A DNA stretch of 63,245 nucleotides, the filler included, from Octopus bimaculoides (lineage: Eukaryota): assembly GCF_001194135.2 (NCBI RefSeq). It is 5 parts of 5 records of this genome, joined end to end, with 100 filler letters (N's around TTAATTAATTAA, not from the genome) between each part and the next. Parts side by side here need not be neighbours in the genome. Positions count along the whole stretch, not along the records: positions 1 to 31,232 come from NC_068982.1; positions 31,333 to 37,589 come from NC_068991.1; positions 37,690 to 46,407 come from NC_069008.1; 2 more parts are not named here. One strand, 5' to 3'. Below the pieces are notes generated by a model, which saw only the letters and a program-made list of their open reading frames with translations, did not search any database and was not told where the DNA came from. Both the position numbers and the translations under genes were made by a program. Shown here piece by piece: positions 28,788-41,122 of the stretch (position 1 is the stretch's first letter; each line of letters begins with the position of its first letter).

Positions 28788-30915
28788 AGTTAGTTTAGTT
28801 CATAAAATATTTTTGACAGCTATTTATACTACTAGAGCAAATTAAAATAAATATATTCCCTTTTGTAAATTTTGTATTGAATGTAATGTAATAAGAGCTC
28901 GTGATGAGGAATATGGCATTTTCACATCTCGTAGCTCCAAATCACTTATTCTCTGATTTAGCAGTTGTCATTTCTGAATTACTTTGCCCAATTGTATGTG
29001 GGCATAGGTAACTGCACAAGAATAATTATACATTTCATCATATATGTTGCAATCTATGTGTAATTGTAACTATATTTGATCTTGCAAAGTAATAATAGAT
29101 GTAGTCTTTTATCTGTCAATATACACAAATATTTTCACTGATGAAAGCCTGTCTAATGAAAAGAAATTATTACGAACTGTTTTATACTGATTTTATATCT
29201 ATTTATGTATGATGGGTAGTGTACTTCCCATGCCTGTACTGCTGGGCACCATGTCTGTTTTCGTAACTCGTATCAGTAATTGAGTATTTTGCAACAAGCT
29301 AACGAAACAGATGCTAGTTATTTAGTAACCTAAACAATTTTCTATAACTGTAGCTCAAACCTGTCAACAAATAAACGAAATAAGAAAAGTTTGATAGTAT
29401 TTTGAGCTGCTACAAAGACCGACACCCGTGACAATAGTGAAATCCTTGAATGATCAACAAGCAGAGGTCCATCCGAGCACCATGCCGACATTACATCAAT
29501 TCGTTTGCAATGCATATGTCATATACGTCTGCTGATTATCTAGACAGTGGTTTTAGACGAGCAAAATCAGTGACTGTATTGCAAATGCATTGGTGTTGAT
29601 TATGTGGTTAAGAACAACAATCCATTGTCATATCCATATGTTCTCTTTCGGAGTTATAACAAAGAAATAATTTTAAAACAGTCTATATATTGTATTTCCC
29701 TATATAATTAATTAAATCATCAGCTCCTTCTAGTGTTGCTTAAGTTTAAAACAAGAGCTACAAATACAATAAAATATGTCTGAAGGATTTGCAATACAAA
29801 TACAAGGAATGTTAACAATATATATTTAAAAACAAGAGAACGTGGAAGGGGAAAAAATAAGACTATTAAGAAGTAAAATAACTGCTACAGGCACGTGCAT
29901 TAATATTAATATTTTTTCAAACACAGTAGTTAATATTTTTCAAATAATTTGTAGGAAGTTATACGTTAACATTAAATAACTGAGTAATCTTGTGTATTTA
30001 CTAAGAAATTATTCAATTTTGCTATTGTCAGAACCATTTGTCTCAGAAGTCGTACTCAGCTTCATTGCATCACAGGTTTACCCCTCACACATATTAGCAA
30101 CACTAGCTTTGGAAATCATATGCTTCGAAACCATTTGATGAGTTGATGAGATATATCTCTTTCCGCAGGGATATAATACAAAACAATTACGATAAAAATA
30201 TCATTTAGTTACAGGTGCCATTCAAGATGAATTTGTATAGTGTTTATACAAACAAGATGTGCAGGGTGAAATTGGATTGATAAAAACAAAACATATACTT
30301 GCTTAAAACGAGTTTGGTGTGGCATTAAGGCAGTGTTCCGATCTTAAATAGCGGATAATTTTACACTCATTCTCTCGGCCTTATATATTTTTACAGTATT
30401 ATCTTAATGTTATATACCATAAATAATTACTTACATTGGGCATGGGAGAAGCAGTCTTAACCATATTAAAAATAGATATATAGCATCAGCAGCAATAGTA
30501 GCAGTGATAAAATCAGCACGCGGCATTAGAAATACGGACATCACCAGCATTAGAAAATATCATCATCAATAGTAGTCGGCGTTTGAGTTGTAATATCAGA
30601 AGGAGAAGAGGAAGTAGGGAAAGAGAAAGGATCGTTCTTTGTTTCTTGATGTTAGTGAGAAAACTATAAAAATAATTATGGCAATGATATATTTAAGTAA
30701 TAATGAGAAACTTTTTTTACAGTAGGTTAAGGTTTGAAATTTCGTGGGAGAGAGCAAGTCGACTCCAGACTCCAGTGCTCGACTGTTACTTATTTTAACG
30801 ATCACAAAAGTATGAAAGACAAATTTGACTTCGGTGGTATTTGAAGTCAGACTGTAAAGCCGAATGTAATCATCTTGTCCTGCGCGCTAACGATTCTTCC
30901 TGTTCATCGCCTTAA

Positions 30916-30917
<2 letters not shown>

Positions 30918-30980
<63 letters not shown>

Positions 30981-30998
30981 TAATAATAATAATAATAA
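30918..30998 (+). repeat. (TAA)n microsatellite abutting the R4/Dong fragment
   Basis: About 27 units, read directly. Confidence 0.95.
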
Positions 30999-31232
30999 AC
31001 TAGATAGGATACAACATACACAAATGAAAGAAACAATAAAGAAAGAGTACTATAGACGAGTTAGATCAATACTAAAAACAGAGCTCAATGCTAAAAACAA
31101 GATAATGGGTATCAACACTTTAGCTGTCCCAGTTATAAGCTACAGCTACAACATCCTTAACTGGACACTAAACGAACTATGTAAAATAGACAGGAAAACA
31201 AGAAAAATAATGACAGGATATAGGATGCACCA
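30999..31232 (+). mobile_element. 5'-truncated R4/Dong-clade non-LTR retrotransposon fragment (post-RT region), cut by a gap
   Basis: KLDRIQHTQMKETIKKEYYRRVRSILKTELNAKNKIMGINTLAVPVISYSYNILNWTLNELCKIDRKTRKIMTGYRMH, a recognisable R4/Dong signature. No stops. Confidence 0.85.
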
Positions 31233-31332
31233 NNNNNNNNNNNNNNNNNNNNNNNNNNNNNNNNNNNNNNNNNNNNTTAATTAATTAANNNNNNNNNNNN
31301 NNNNNNNNNNNNNNNNNNNNNNNNNNNNNNNN
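31233..31332. other. Artificial scaffold linker N44-TTAATTAATTAA-N44
   Basis: Exactly 100 nt, and the same construct occurs four times. Confidence 0.95.
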
Positions 31333-31375
<43 letters not shown>

Positions 31376-32924
31376 GTATTGCGCATGTGCGATTATGTGT
31401 GTGTGTTGCGAATACGTCTGTACATATAGGTTTGTAATAGATTTTTTTTGTGCGTATAAAGATGATGCACGTAGACATATGTGCATCTAGGCTTGTGTAC
31501 GTATGTGTGAAATGTATGTATGTGTGTTACTGTGTGTACTTGCATACGTACAGACATCCATATAAATACATATATATATATGTGTGTATATACACAAATA
31601 TATAAATGTGTGTGTGTGTATGTGTGTATAAACGTTTCCCGTAAACAAACTTAAAGGATATATATATGTACATGTGTAAATATATGAATGTATGTATGTA
31701 TGTATGTATGCATCTATCGATCTATCTGTCTGTCTGTCTATATATTTATTCATATATGTCAATACGTTCGCATGCGTAAATGTGTGCATCGGTGTGTGTG
31801 CATGTGTATCTTGGTGCATGCGTGTAGGTGTGTGTATCTGTAGGTGTCAGCGTATGTGTGTACGTGTGTGTGCGTGTGTTTGTGTGTGCAAGTGTGTACG
31901 TGTGCATATGTCGTGTGTCGTCAAAACGATTAATCTCAAGAGAAGAGAAAGATAAACATCCTTAGCCAAAAAAACATTAAAAGAAGAAACCAATTAATTC
32001 ATTAATTAAATCGTTTACTTCTCTGCCATCTTCCGACCGCACACAACCGGAGGGGGTGTTGGTGGTGGTGGTGCTAGTGGTAGTACATTTGTGAATACGA
32101 GCAGAATGCGGTGGGTGGGGTGAGTCTGTGGCATGGCTGCAGTAGTAGTAGTAGTAGTNNNNNNNNNNNNNNNNNNNNNNNNNNNNNNNNNNNNNNNNNN
32201 NNNNNNNNNNNNNNNNNNNNNNNNNNNNNNNNNNNNNNNNNNNNNNNNNNNNNNNNNNNNNNNNNNNNNNNNNNNNNNNNNNNNNNNNNNNNNNNNNNNN
32301 NNNNNNNNNNNNNNNNNNNNNNNNNNNNNNNNNNNNNNNNNNNNNNNNNNNNNNNNNNNNNNNNNNNNNNNNNNNNNNNNNNNNNNNNNNNNNNNNNNNN
32401 NNNNNNNNNNNNNNNNNNNNNNNNNNNNNNNNNNNNNNNNNNNNNNNNNNNNNNNNNNNNNNNNNNNNNNNNNNNNNNNNNNNNNNNNNNNNNNNNNNNN
32501 NNNNNNNNNNNNNNNNNNNNNNNNNNNNNNNNNNNNNNNNNNNNNNNNNNNNNNNNNNNNNNNNNNNNNNNNNNNNNNNNNNNNNNNNNNNNNNNNNNNN
32601 NNNNNNNNNNNNNNNNNNNNNNNNNNNNNNNNNNNNNNNNNNNNNNNNNNNNNNNNNNNNNNNNNNNNNNNNNNNNNNNNNNNNNNNNNNNNNNNNNNNN
32701 NNNNNNNNNNNNNNNNNNNNNNNNNNNNNNNNNNNNNNNNNNNNNNNNNNNNNNNNNNNNNNNNNNNNNNNNNNNNNNNNNNNNNNNNNNNNNNNNNNNN
32801 NNNNNNNNNNNNNNNNNNNNNNNNNNNNNNNNNNNNNNNNNNNNNNNNNNNNNNNNNNNNNNNNNNNNNNNNNNNNNNNNNNNNNNNNNNNNNNNNNNNN
32901 NNNNNNNNNNNNNNNNNNNNNNAA

Positions 32925-33400
32925 ATATGGCGTTTCCACCAGTTCCACCATCGACTAACTGATCCTTTAGATCTTCGGTAATCACTGCAGATCGAAGCTT
33001 CATTGTGCTGTTGGATAAAGGAATTTGCATTATTTTTATCCGATACCTGATTTCCATCATGCAATAGAATCGGCAACGATTTCCAAACACGGTTTGATAA
33101 CTTTGTCAATCTCTGTTTATCGCTTTTACTTTCTCTCTTTTGTGATCACGTGTGTCGTTTGGAAAGAGACGAGAAGACATTTTTTTTTTTTATGTCCTAG
33201 TGTATTTCGCTTTTGCCATCGACTGGGACAAGGTTTGTTGCTTCTACCAATATTGATTAGTGTTTTTCAATAAATGTTTTGCATAAAAGCTTTGTTTCAA
33301 GAATGGCTCTGGTTTGTTCCAAAAGCTGTCTTCTAATTCTGAAAGCGTCAGGTTTTGAGAGTTGCTTTCTATATTGTAAAGTAAGCACCGACCTGAAGGA
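32925..33400 (-). mobile_element. Degenerate hAT (Buster/ZBED-like) transposase N-terminal remnant
   Basis: Across frameshifts: IDKVIKPCLEIVADSI and KIMQIPLSNSTMKLRSAVITEDLKDQLV, resembling the IPLSN.T..RR...I..D..QL motif. Confidence 0.6.
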
Positions 33401-33425
33401 GAAAAGCTTGTTAGTTCGTTTTAAG

Positions 33426-33520
33426 CAGTGGTTCTCAACCATTTTTGTGCCGACAAACCCTTTTGATTCCACTTCAACTCGGGTGAGCCCTCATAGCCAT
33501 TCGATGTCTAGAAACTCCTA
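33426..33520 (+). mobile_element. Partial hAT MITE, same family as 49052-49337
   Basis: Starts CAGTGGTTCTCAACC and shares ccccttt..ttcc and agccattc internal words with the 49052 copy. Confidence 0.6.
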
Positions 33521-33933
33521 TAATAGGTGCAGGCGTGGCTGTGTGGTAAGAAGTTTGCCTTCCAACCTTCACTTGAGACGGACAAGGAAAAACTTGAACG
33601 ACAAGAATACCCTTTCCTCAAGACTCATAAAGCATTAATCGGTTCGAGGCTGGAGTAGAAAGCAACACTCAATACCTGAGAGAAACGGGGGGGGGGNNNN
33701 NNNNNNNNNNNNNNNNNNNNNNNNNNNNNNNNNNNNNNNNNNNNNNNNNNNNNNNNNNNNNNNNNNNNGGGGAGAGAAGGAGAAATGGAAAGAAAAGTAG
33801 AAGGAGAGAGAGAGAAAGAAAGAGAGACAAAGAAAGCGGAAGTGGGGAGGGAAGGAGGGCGAGAAAGAGAGAGAGAGGGGGGCTGAGGGAAAGAAAGAGC
33901 CAGAGAGAGAAGGTTGCAAGACTGAGAGAAAGT

Positions 33934-33973
<40 letters not shown>

Positions 33974-34531
33974 GAGAAAGAAAGAAAGGAAGGAAGAAGG
34001 AAAGAAAGAGAGAAAGAAAGAAATAAAGAGAGAAAGAGAGAGAGAGAGAAAGAAAGAAAGAAAGAAAAGAAAGAAAGAAAAGAAAGAAAGAAAAGAAAGA
34101 AATAAAGACATTCCTAAATACCTGCCAGACCAGAAAATAGCAATCCTGGAAAGTAAGACCGAAATAAAATTTGGATTGGAATATTATAGTCTTGGAGAGA
34201 AACGGAAGAATTCTTTGAAATGTTGTTTGTTTCTGCGGTTTAAGTGGTGGTGGTCGTTGTACCCGATGTTGCACTTAGCATTGCTGTTGTTGTTGTTGCT
34301 GCTGTTGTTGTTGTTTTACCTGCTGTTCCTTGTTTTTATTGGTTTTCTTTCAGCTTCTGCAGCTGTTGTTGTTATTGTAGTTGGTGAGATTGTTGTTGAT
34401 GTTGTTGTTAAAGTTGCTGATGATGACGACGACGACGATGAAGATGAGGATCATGTTTATGATGATGATGATGATGATGTTGCTCGCTGTTTCTCGTGTT
34501 ATCGTATCTTTATTGTTATTATTACTTTTGC

Positions 34532-34565
<34 letters not shown>

Positions 34566-36094
34566 ACTTTCCGTCCCTCCACCCACCCCCAAAAGAGAGA
34601 AAGCAAACAACGCCTCGGAAATTATCGTCATAAACACACTGCATTAGATGATGATGATGATGATGATGATTGTTATGATGACGACGACAGTGACAACGAC
34701 GATGATGACGACGACGACGATGATGATGATGTTGGTGATGATGATGATGATGATAATGATGGTGATGATGTTCCGCGTGTATGTGGCGATTTATTGTCGG
34801 TAAATACCAACGCAGAGCAGCGAACAGTTTGCTGAAATTCTAAGCAGGATCATCGACTCATGTTAGATTCATCGGTCCNNNNNNNNNNNNNNNNNNNNNN
34901 NNNNNNNNNNNNNNNNNNNNNNNNNNNNNNNNNNNNNNNNNNNNNNNNNNNNNNNNNNNNNNNNNNNNNNNNNNNNNNNNNNNNNNNNNNNNNNNNNNNN
35001 NNNNNNNNNNNNNNNNNNNNNNNNNNNNNNNNNNNNNNNNNNNNNNNNNNNNNNNNNNNNNNNNNNNNNNNNNNNNNNNNNNNNNNNNNNNNNNNNNNNN
35101 NNNNNNNNNNNNNNNNNNNNNNNNNNNNNNNNNNNNNNNNNNNNNNNNNNNNNNNNNNNNNNNNNNNNNNNNNNNNNNNNNNNNNNNNNNNNNNNNNNNN
35201 NNNNNNNNNNNNNNNNNNNNNNNNNNNNNNNNNNNNNNNNNNNNNNNNNNNNNNNNNNNNNNNNNNNNNNNNNNNNNNNNNNNNNNNNNNNNNNNNNNNN
35301 NNNNNNNNNNNNNNNNNNNNNNNNNNNNNNNNNNNNNNNNNNNNNNNNNNNNNNNNNNNNNNNNNNNNNNNNNNNNNNNNNNNNNNNNNNNNNNNNNNNN
35401 NNNNNNNNNNNNNNNNNNNNNNNNNNNNNNNNNNNNNNNNNNNNNNNNNNNNNNNNNNNNNNNNNNNNNNNNNNNNNNNNNNNNNNNNNNNNNNNNNNNN
35501 NNNNNNNNNNNNNNNNNNNNNNNNNNNNNNNNNNNNNNNNNNNNNNNNNNNNNNNNNNNNNNNNNNNNNNNNNNNNNNNNNNNNNNNNNNNNNNNNNNNN
35601 NNNNNNNNNNNNNNNNNNNNNNNNNNNNNNNNNNNNNNNNNNNNNNNNNNNNNNNNNNNNNNNNNNNNNNNNNNNNNNNNNNNNNNNNNNNNNNNNNNNN
35701 NNNNNNNNNNNNNNNNNNNNNNNNNNNNNNNNNNNNNNNNNNNNNNNNNNNNNNNNNNNNNNNNNNNNNNNNNNNNNNNNNNNNNNNNNNNNNNNNNNNN
35801 NNNNNNNNNNNNNNNNNNNNNNNNNNNNNNNNNNNNNNNNNNNNNNNNNNNNNNTTATAGTGCTGCCGAGTGCTACGTAGTTAAGCCATAGTGAAAAATA
35901 AAATAATAAGAATCACGCAATTATGGTGAGCAGTCAGAAGTTCTGGAGGAATTGTTTACTTTAATGGTTGTATTATTGCTACATTTTTAATTATTTTATT
36001 TGTTTCAGTCATTGGATTGCGGCCACGCTGGGGCACCGCCTTTAAGATTATTGTTTCTACAAATCGACTCCAGCACTTTTTTTCCTTTTAAATC

Positions 36095-36220
36095 TGGTTA
36101 CCTGTTCGATCAGTTAGGTATTTTCGCTCAATAAACACTCACAACGTCCGGTCTGGGATTCGAAATCGCGATCCTATAAGCGCGAGTCCGCTGCCCTAAC
36201 CACTGGGCCATTGCGCCTCC
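36095..36220 (-). mobile_element. tRNA-derived SINE head (family C)
   Basis: ggaggcgcaatggcccagtggttagggcagcggactcgcg...tttcgaatcccagaccgg has A- and B-box-like motifs and runs on into non-tRNA sequence. Confidence 0.7.
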
Positions 36221-36266
36221 ACGTATATACATACATGTTATATATAGGTGTATATACTTACACACA

Positions 36267-36356
<90 letters not shown>

Positions 36357-37075
36357 TATAAACGCCGTCGAGAAGGCCTAAAAGCCTAATGATCTTCGAA
36401 TGACGCCGCTGGAGATTTTTGTTCTGCATCGAGTTTTAGGCACTCCGTTGTTAGTATCTTTGTTAGAAAAAAAAATGAATGAATAAATAAATGAATAAGG
36501 ACATGCATGTATGTTTTTCTTCTTTTCTTTCTTAGAATGAAGGAGCTGGTTTTTAACAAAGAAACCAAACACCATCGCTGGAATTTGTACAAACAACAAC
36601 GGCGAAGTTGTAGTGTGTTGAACTTTAGAGAAATTTTGCATATTTTCACTGTTCCGTACCACCACATCCACCATCGCCACAACCACCATCGCAAACACCA
36701 CCACTACTGCCACCACCACCACCATCACCATCACCACCACCACCAGAATCATCGTTATCATCATCATCATCCTCAGCAGCAGCAGTCGCACCATCACCAG
36801 CACCATCAGCTCCACCACCACCACCACCACCATCACCAGAAACACCTGTCTGTAATCAATAACCACATTCTCTGAGCTTTGGTGATGTATTTCTCCACTG
36901 CTGTTTAAACTGACCTTTTTATAGTGGTGGTGGTGGTAGTGGTGGTGGTGGTGGTGATGGTAGTGGTGGTGGTAATGTGTTGGCGTAGAAGAATGAATGC
37001 AAAAAGAACAAAATAAAATGAATAATCTAGTAAAAAAAAATATGCAAAAATAATATAGAAGAGAATAAAAACAAA

Positions 37076-37110
<35 letters not shown>

Positions 37111-37589
37111 AGTGTTAATGATGGAGCTGAAAAAAGAAATAGAATACAATGATGATGGTGATGATGATGATGATGATGGCGATGATGATGATGGTGATGA
37201 TGATGATGATGATGTACTTGAAGATGAAGTTGAAAGACTTGAAGATGAAGATGGTCGAAAATGGTGTGTTGTTGATGATGATGATGATGAGGAGGAGGAG
37301 GAGGATAAGGACGATCATTTGGTAAACAGAAGCAAGAAGTTGAAGAAGGTGGAATGGATGATATCAAAAGGTAACACCCAACAGCAGGCTAGGCCTATGG
37401 CCCTTCGGTCCAGAAGTTCCCGTCTGTTTGTGCTGTTGGTAGGTCGATCGTCGATCACCAGCTTGCCAGGCCAGTAGTGACCTCACCATTATTACTAATG
37501 CTTACCAGCTGGGTGAAACTAGAGCGATGTGAAATGAAGTGTCTTGCTCAAGGACACAACGTATCGCTCGGTCCAGGATTCGAAACCAC

Positions 37590-37689
37590 NNNNNNNNNNN
37601 NNNNNNNNNNNNNNNNNNNNNNNNNNNNNNNNNTTAATTAATTAANNNNNNNNNNNNNNNNNNNNNNNNNNNNNNNNNNNNNNNNNNNN
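37590..37689. other. Artificial scaffold linker N44-TTAATTAATTAA-N44
   Basis: Same 100-nt construct. Confidence 0.95.
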
Positions 37690-37690
37690 A

Positions 37691-37975
37691 CCTCGATTAC
37701 CTTATCCACCCATTTCTCCGCTAGAAGTATTCCTACGCCCCCGACCCCGTCAGTGTTCCCTGCCCAGAAAATCTTGTACCTGTGTTCTTTGCCTGTGAGG
37801 AACCTCGCAGAACCTCCTCTCCATCTTACTTCCTGGATGCAGCACATATCTACGCGTCTCCGTTCAAGCATCTCAACAATTTCACCAGATCTACCTTTCA
37901 GCGTGCCGACGTTGAGAGTGCCAATCCCAACAGTATGGGTGTTGGGGGTGTGGGCCTGTAGCCTGGGAAGGGGAA
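37691..37975 (-). mobile_element. RTE LINE AP-endonuclease N-terminus, cut by a gap
   Basis: IGTLNVGTLKGRSGEIVEMLERRRVDMCCIQEVRWRG...GVGILLAEKW (APE motifs), open frame. Confidence 0.9.
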
Positions 37976-38172
37976 AAGCAGTGTCGTGTACCTATATATA
38001 TATATATGCATGCACACACACATGCACATGCGTAGTCACTATCAACAGCAGTCAGAAAACATTATCATTGTACAGGAATAAAAATAAAACAACTCAAAAA
38101 AAAGAAAGAAAGAAGTACATATCAACACTGTACCATGTGGCCACCACCACCAAATGGAAATGTCAGGCTTAC

Positions 38173-38326
38173 CTTAGTATTGGCCATGTCTGCAATGTAT
38201 TGGTCACCCTTCACACACTCCAGCTTCTCGAAGCCGTCTCGGTCAATCACCTTGGCCTGGGCATTCGCAGCAATAACGAGCAGGACGTCCCCAGTGGTAC
38301 TGTATTGTAAGTTGCGGATTTGGTGG
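38173..38326 (-). CDS. WDR70: WDR70 coding exon 7, (C)HQIRNLQYSTTGDVLLVIAANAQAKVIDRDGFEKLECVKGDQYIADMANTK
   Basis: tctcgttgcag|C CAC...AAG|gtaagc, 154 nt, phase 2 to 0. Matches human CHQIKSLQYSNTGDMILVVSGSSQAKVIDRDGFEVMECIKGDQYIVDMANTK (recalled). Last WDR70 exon I could find. Confidence 0.96.
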
Positions 38327-38539
38327 CTGCAACGAGAAACAAGAGATGGAGATGCGGGGCAACATCTATGGAAACCATCAGTTACATGCATGAAAAAGAA
38401 TCATGCCTATATTAGGGGGTGCTGTAAAGTTCCTGGCTTTGGTGGGGGTCAAACAAAATACAGGAGGATCAGTTAATTATGATTTTACTCAACATATTCC
38501 CTGCTCAGATTCACACACGGCACTTGTGCCGCAGCTTCA

Positions 38540-38877
38540 CATTCCTGGCACTTGTGTCGGTGGCACATGAAAAGTCATTCAAGCGAGATCATTGCCAGTG
38601 CCGCTGGACTGGATCCCGTGCAGGTGGCACGTAAAATACACCATTTTGAGCGTGGCCGTTGCCAGTACTCGTTTGACTGGCCCTCGTGCCGGTGGCACGT
38701 AAAAGCACCCACTACACTCTGGGAGTGGTTGGCGTTAGGAAGGGCATCCAGCTGTAAAAACTCTGCCAAATCAGATTGGAGCCTGGTGTAGCCAACTGGT
38801 TGCACCAGTCCTCAGTCAAATCGTCCAACCCATGCTAGCATGGAAGGTGGACGTTAAACGACGATGATGGTGATGAT
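38540..38877 (+). mobile_element. RTE 3'-end-derived short element with (GAT)n tail, in WDR70 intron 6
   Basis: ggcgttaggaagggcatccagctg...catgctagcatggaaggtggacgttaaacgacgatgatg. Confidence 0.75.
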
Positions 38878-39266
38878 NNNNNNNNNNNNNNNNNNNNNNN
38901 NNNNNNNNNNNNNNNNNNNNNNNNNNNNNNNNNNNNNNNNNNNNNNNNNNNNNNNNNNNNNNNNNNNNNNNNNNNNNNNNNNNNNNNNNNNNNNNNNNNN
39001 NNNNNNNNNNNNNNNNNNNNNNNNNNNNNNNNNNNNNNNNNNNNNNNNNNNNNNNNNNNNNNNNNNNNNNNNNNNNNNNNNNNNNNNNNCACTACCACCA
39101 CCACTGTCACCAACACCACTACCACCAACATTCCCACCACCACCACCACCACTACCACCACCACTGCCACCTCAACCACCACCACCACCACCACTGCCAC
39201 TAGCAACACCACCACTGCTACCTCAACCACCACCAACATCCCCACCACCACCAATCATTTACTCAC

Positions 39267-39400
39267 CATTCACAAGGTCTGAGGCTACGGAAGTGCCTCA
39301 AGGAGGCATCCATACCAGCAAAATCCCAGAACGTTATGTCGTAGTCGTAGCCCCCGGTGACAAGACGAGCACCAGATGGATCCAAGGCCAACGCTGACAC
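39267..39400 (-). CDS. WDR70: WDR70 coding exon 6, VSALALDPSGARLVTGGYDYDITFWDFAGMDASLRHFRSLRPCE
   Basis: ctccaccag|GTG...GAATG|gtgagt, 134 nt, phase 0 to 2. Near-identical to human VSALGLDPSGARLVTGGYDYDVKFWDFAGMDAS (first WD40 repeat, recalled). Confidence 0.96.
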
Positions 39401-40264
39401 CTGGTGGAGGAAATAAAAAAAAAAGCAGAAAGAAATTTTTTTAAATAATAAAGGGAGATAAAACAATGCAAGACATATCTGGTGGGGCGGCTTCTTACAC
39501 CCACCCATATTACCCCTAAAGAAGGTGTAACAACAGACCCACCACCACCACCACCATCTCAAACATTTGAATGTGTCATGGGTTACTGCATGGAAAACTC
39601 TCCTTTGTCTCTGATCTTCCACAGAAACATGCCTGGCCAAAGGGAAATATTCTACTGGAAGCGGGAAGGGCCACAGAGTGTAGAAATATCTGCCTTAACA
39701 AATTCCATATGATCCATGATGATATGTGTATATATTCATACACACTCATACACACACCATTCTCACATATACACACACACACACTTTCTCTTGTTGGGAT
39801 CACTATCACTTTATTCTCCCTTTCATTCAACCACATTTTTCCAATCATTCACCATGCTGGACAGCTAAAACTTTGCCACCTGTGCTGGTGGCATGTAAAA
39901 GCAACCATTACACTCTCGGCGTGATTGGCACCACAAAACCATACCAAATCAAATCGGAGTGTGGTGCAGCCCCTCAGCTTACCAGCCCTGGTCAAACCAT
40001 CCAACCCATGCCAGCATGGACAACAGACACATGATGATGATACATACATACAGATTTTAAAGTTTTTACCCACTTAAACTCTTCTCAAACAGTATGGGTC
40101 AAATCTGAAGAAGACATTGCTTAAGGTACTATGCAGTAAGATCAAACCCATGTCCACAGACCTGCAAACTAACTTCCTTAAGCACACATCTAAACATGCA
40201 CACAGAATGGAAAGAGAGGGTGAAAAGTTACACACTAAATATCTTACGAAGGGAGACTACTCAC

Positions 40265-40324
40265 CGATTTGTTTCCATGTGTCAGAGTTATTTCAAGGGA
40301 TTGTGGAATAGATTGCTCCAACGT
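40265..40324 (-). CDS. WDR70: WDR70 coding exon 5, TLEQSIPQSLEITLTHGNKS
   Basis: ttctctttggcag|ACG...TCG|gtgagt, 60 nt, phase 0 to 0. Matches human IPDSHEITLKHGTKT (recalled). Confidence 0.92.
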
Positions 40325-40440
40325 CTGCCAAAGAGAACAGAAAATGATACACACAAACACACATACATGGATGAATGTAAGAAAGTGTGTGTGTGTGTGT
40401 GTGTGTGTCCCACGCCACTGTCTTAAATATGTATATACAT

Positions 40441-40897
40441 ATGTATGAACCAATAAGGGTGATTTTTACTGGATAGCAGGACCTGCTAGAATTAATAGCT
40501 AAATCTCCCTTAATTCACACCTTACTGTCTTATGTATGAGCCAATGAGGGAGGTCTCTATATTGTAGCTAGACCTGGTAGAAATAGCAGCCAAATCTCCC
40601 TCAAATCACACCTTACTGTCTTATGTATGAGCCAATGGGGGAGATCGCTATATGGTAGCTAGACCTGGTAGAAATAGCAGCCAAATCTCCCTCAAATCAC
40701 ACCTTACTGTCTTATGTATGAGCCAATGGGGGAGATCTCTATATGGTAGCTAGACCTGGTAGAAATAGCAGCTAAATCTCCCTCAAATCACACCCTACTG
40801 TCTTATCTATGTATATATGGATGAATGAACCAATGAAGGAGACCTCTATGTGGTAGCAAGACCTGGTAGAAATAACAGCCAAATATCCTTCAAATCA
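40441..40897. repeat. 91-bp minisatellite, about 5 copies, in WDR70 intron 4
   Basis: The gacctg(g/c)tagaa anchor recurs at 40480, 40571, 40662 and 40753 (91-bp period), then at 40860. Confidence 0.9.
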
Positions 40898-41122
40898 GAA
40901 AAACTACTGACTGAAGCATGTGACAATTCATAATATAGTCCTCCACATCCTAATCCTACGAAAATGATGAGATGGTCATGGCTGGATTGCTTTTGATCAT
41001 CGTCGTTTCTGCTCAATCATGACAGACCTGGGGTTAAACAACAACAACAGTAACAAATCATAGAATAAAACAAAAAAAAACATCAGACAAAAAGTTTACA
41101 AAATTTCTTTTTTAGAATTTAC

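Noticed and set aside
31277-31288. TTAATTAATTAA as a biological motif or piggyBac TTAA target
   Set aside because: Embedded symmetrically in N44 runs four times, so it is an artificial linker.
33257-33407. Apparent terminal exon (ttctccttcag|G SVLTLQYRKQLSKPDAF...EKH*) as a WDR70 3' end
   Set aside because: No similarity to the WDR70 C-terminus, wrong phase for exon 7, lies across a linker, and runs into a degenerate hAT transposase remnant.
34176-34835. 219-aa plus-strand ORF
   Set aside because: Composed of (GTT)n and (GAT)n runs (poly-L, V, D) with no domain or splice support.
36126-36218. Possible tRNA gene
   Set aside because: It has A/B boxes but no clean cloverleaf, and continues into repeat body sequence, so it is a SINE head.
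40441-40897. CRISPR-like array
   Set aside because: Eukaryotic context, units are near-identical along their whole length with no unique spacers, and there are no cas genes.
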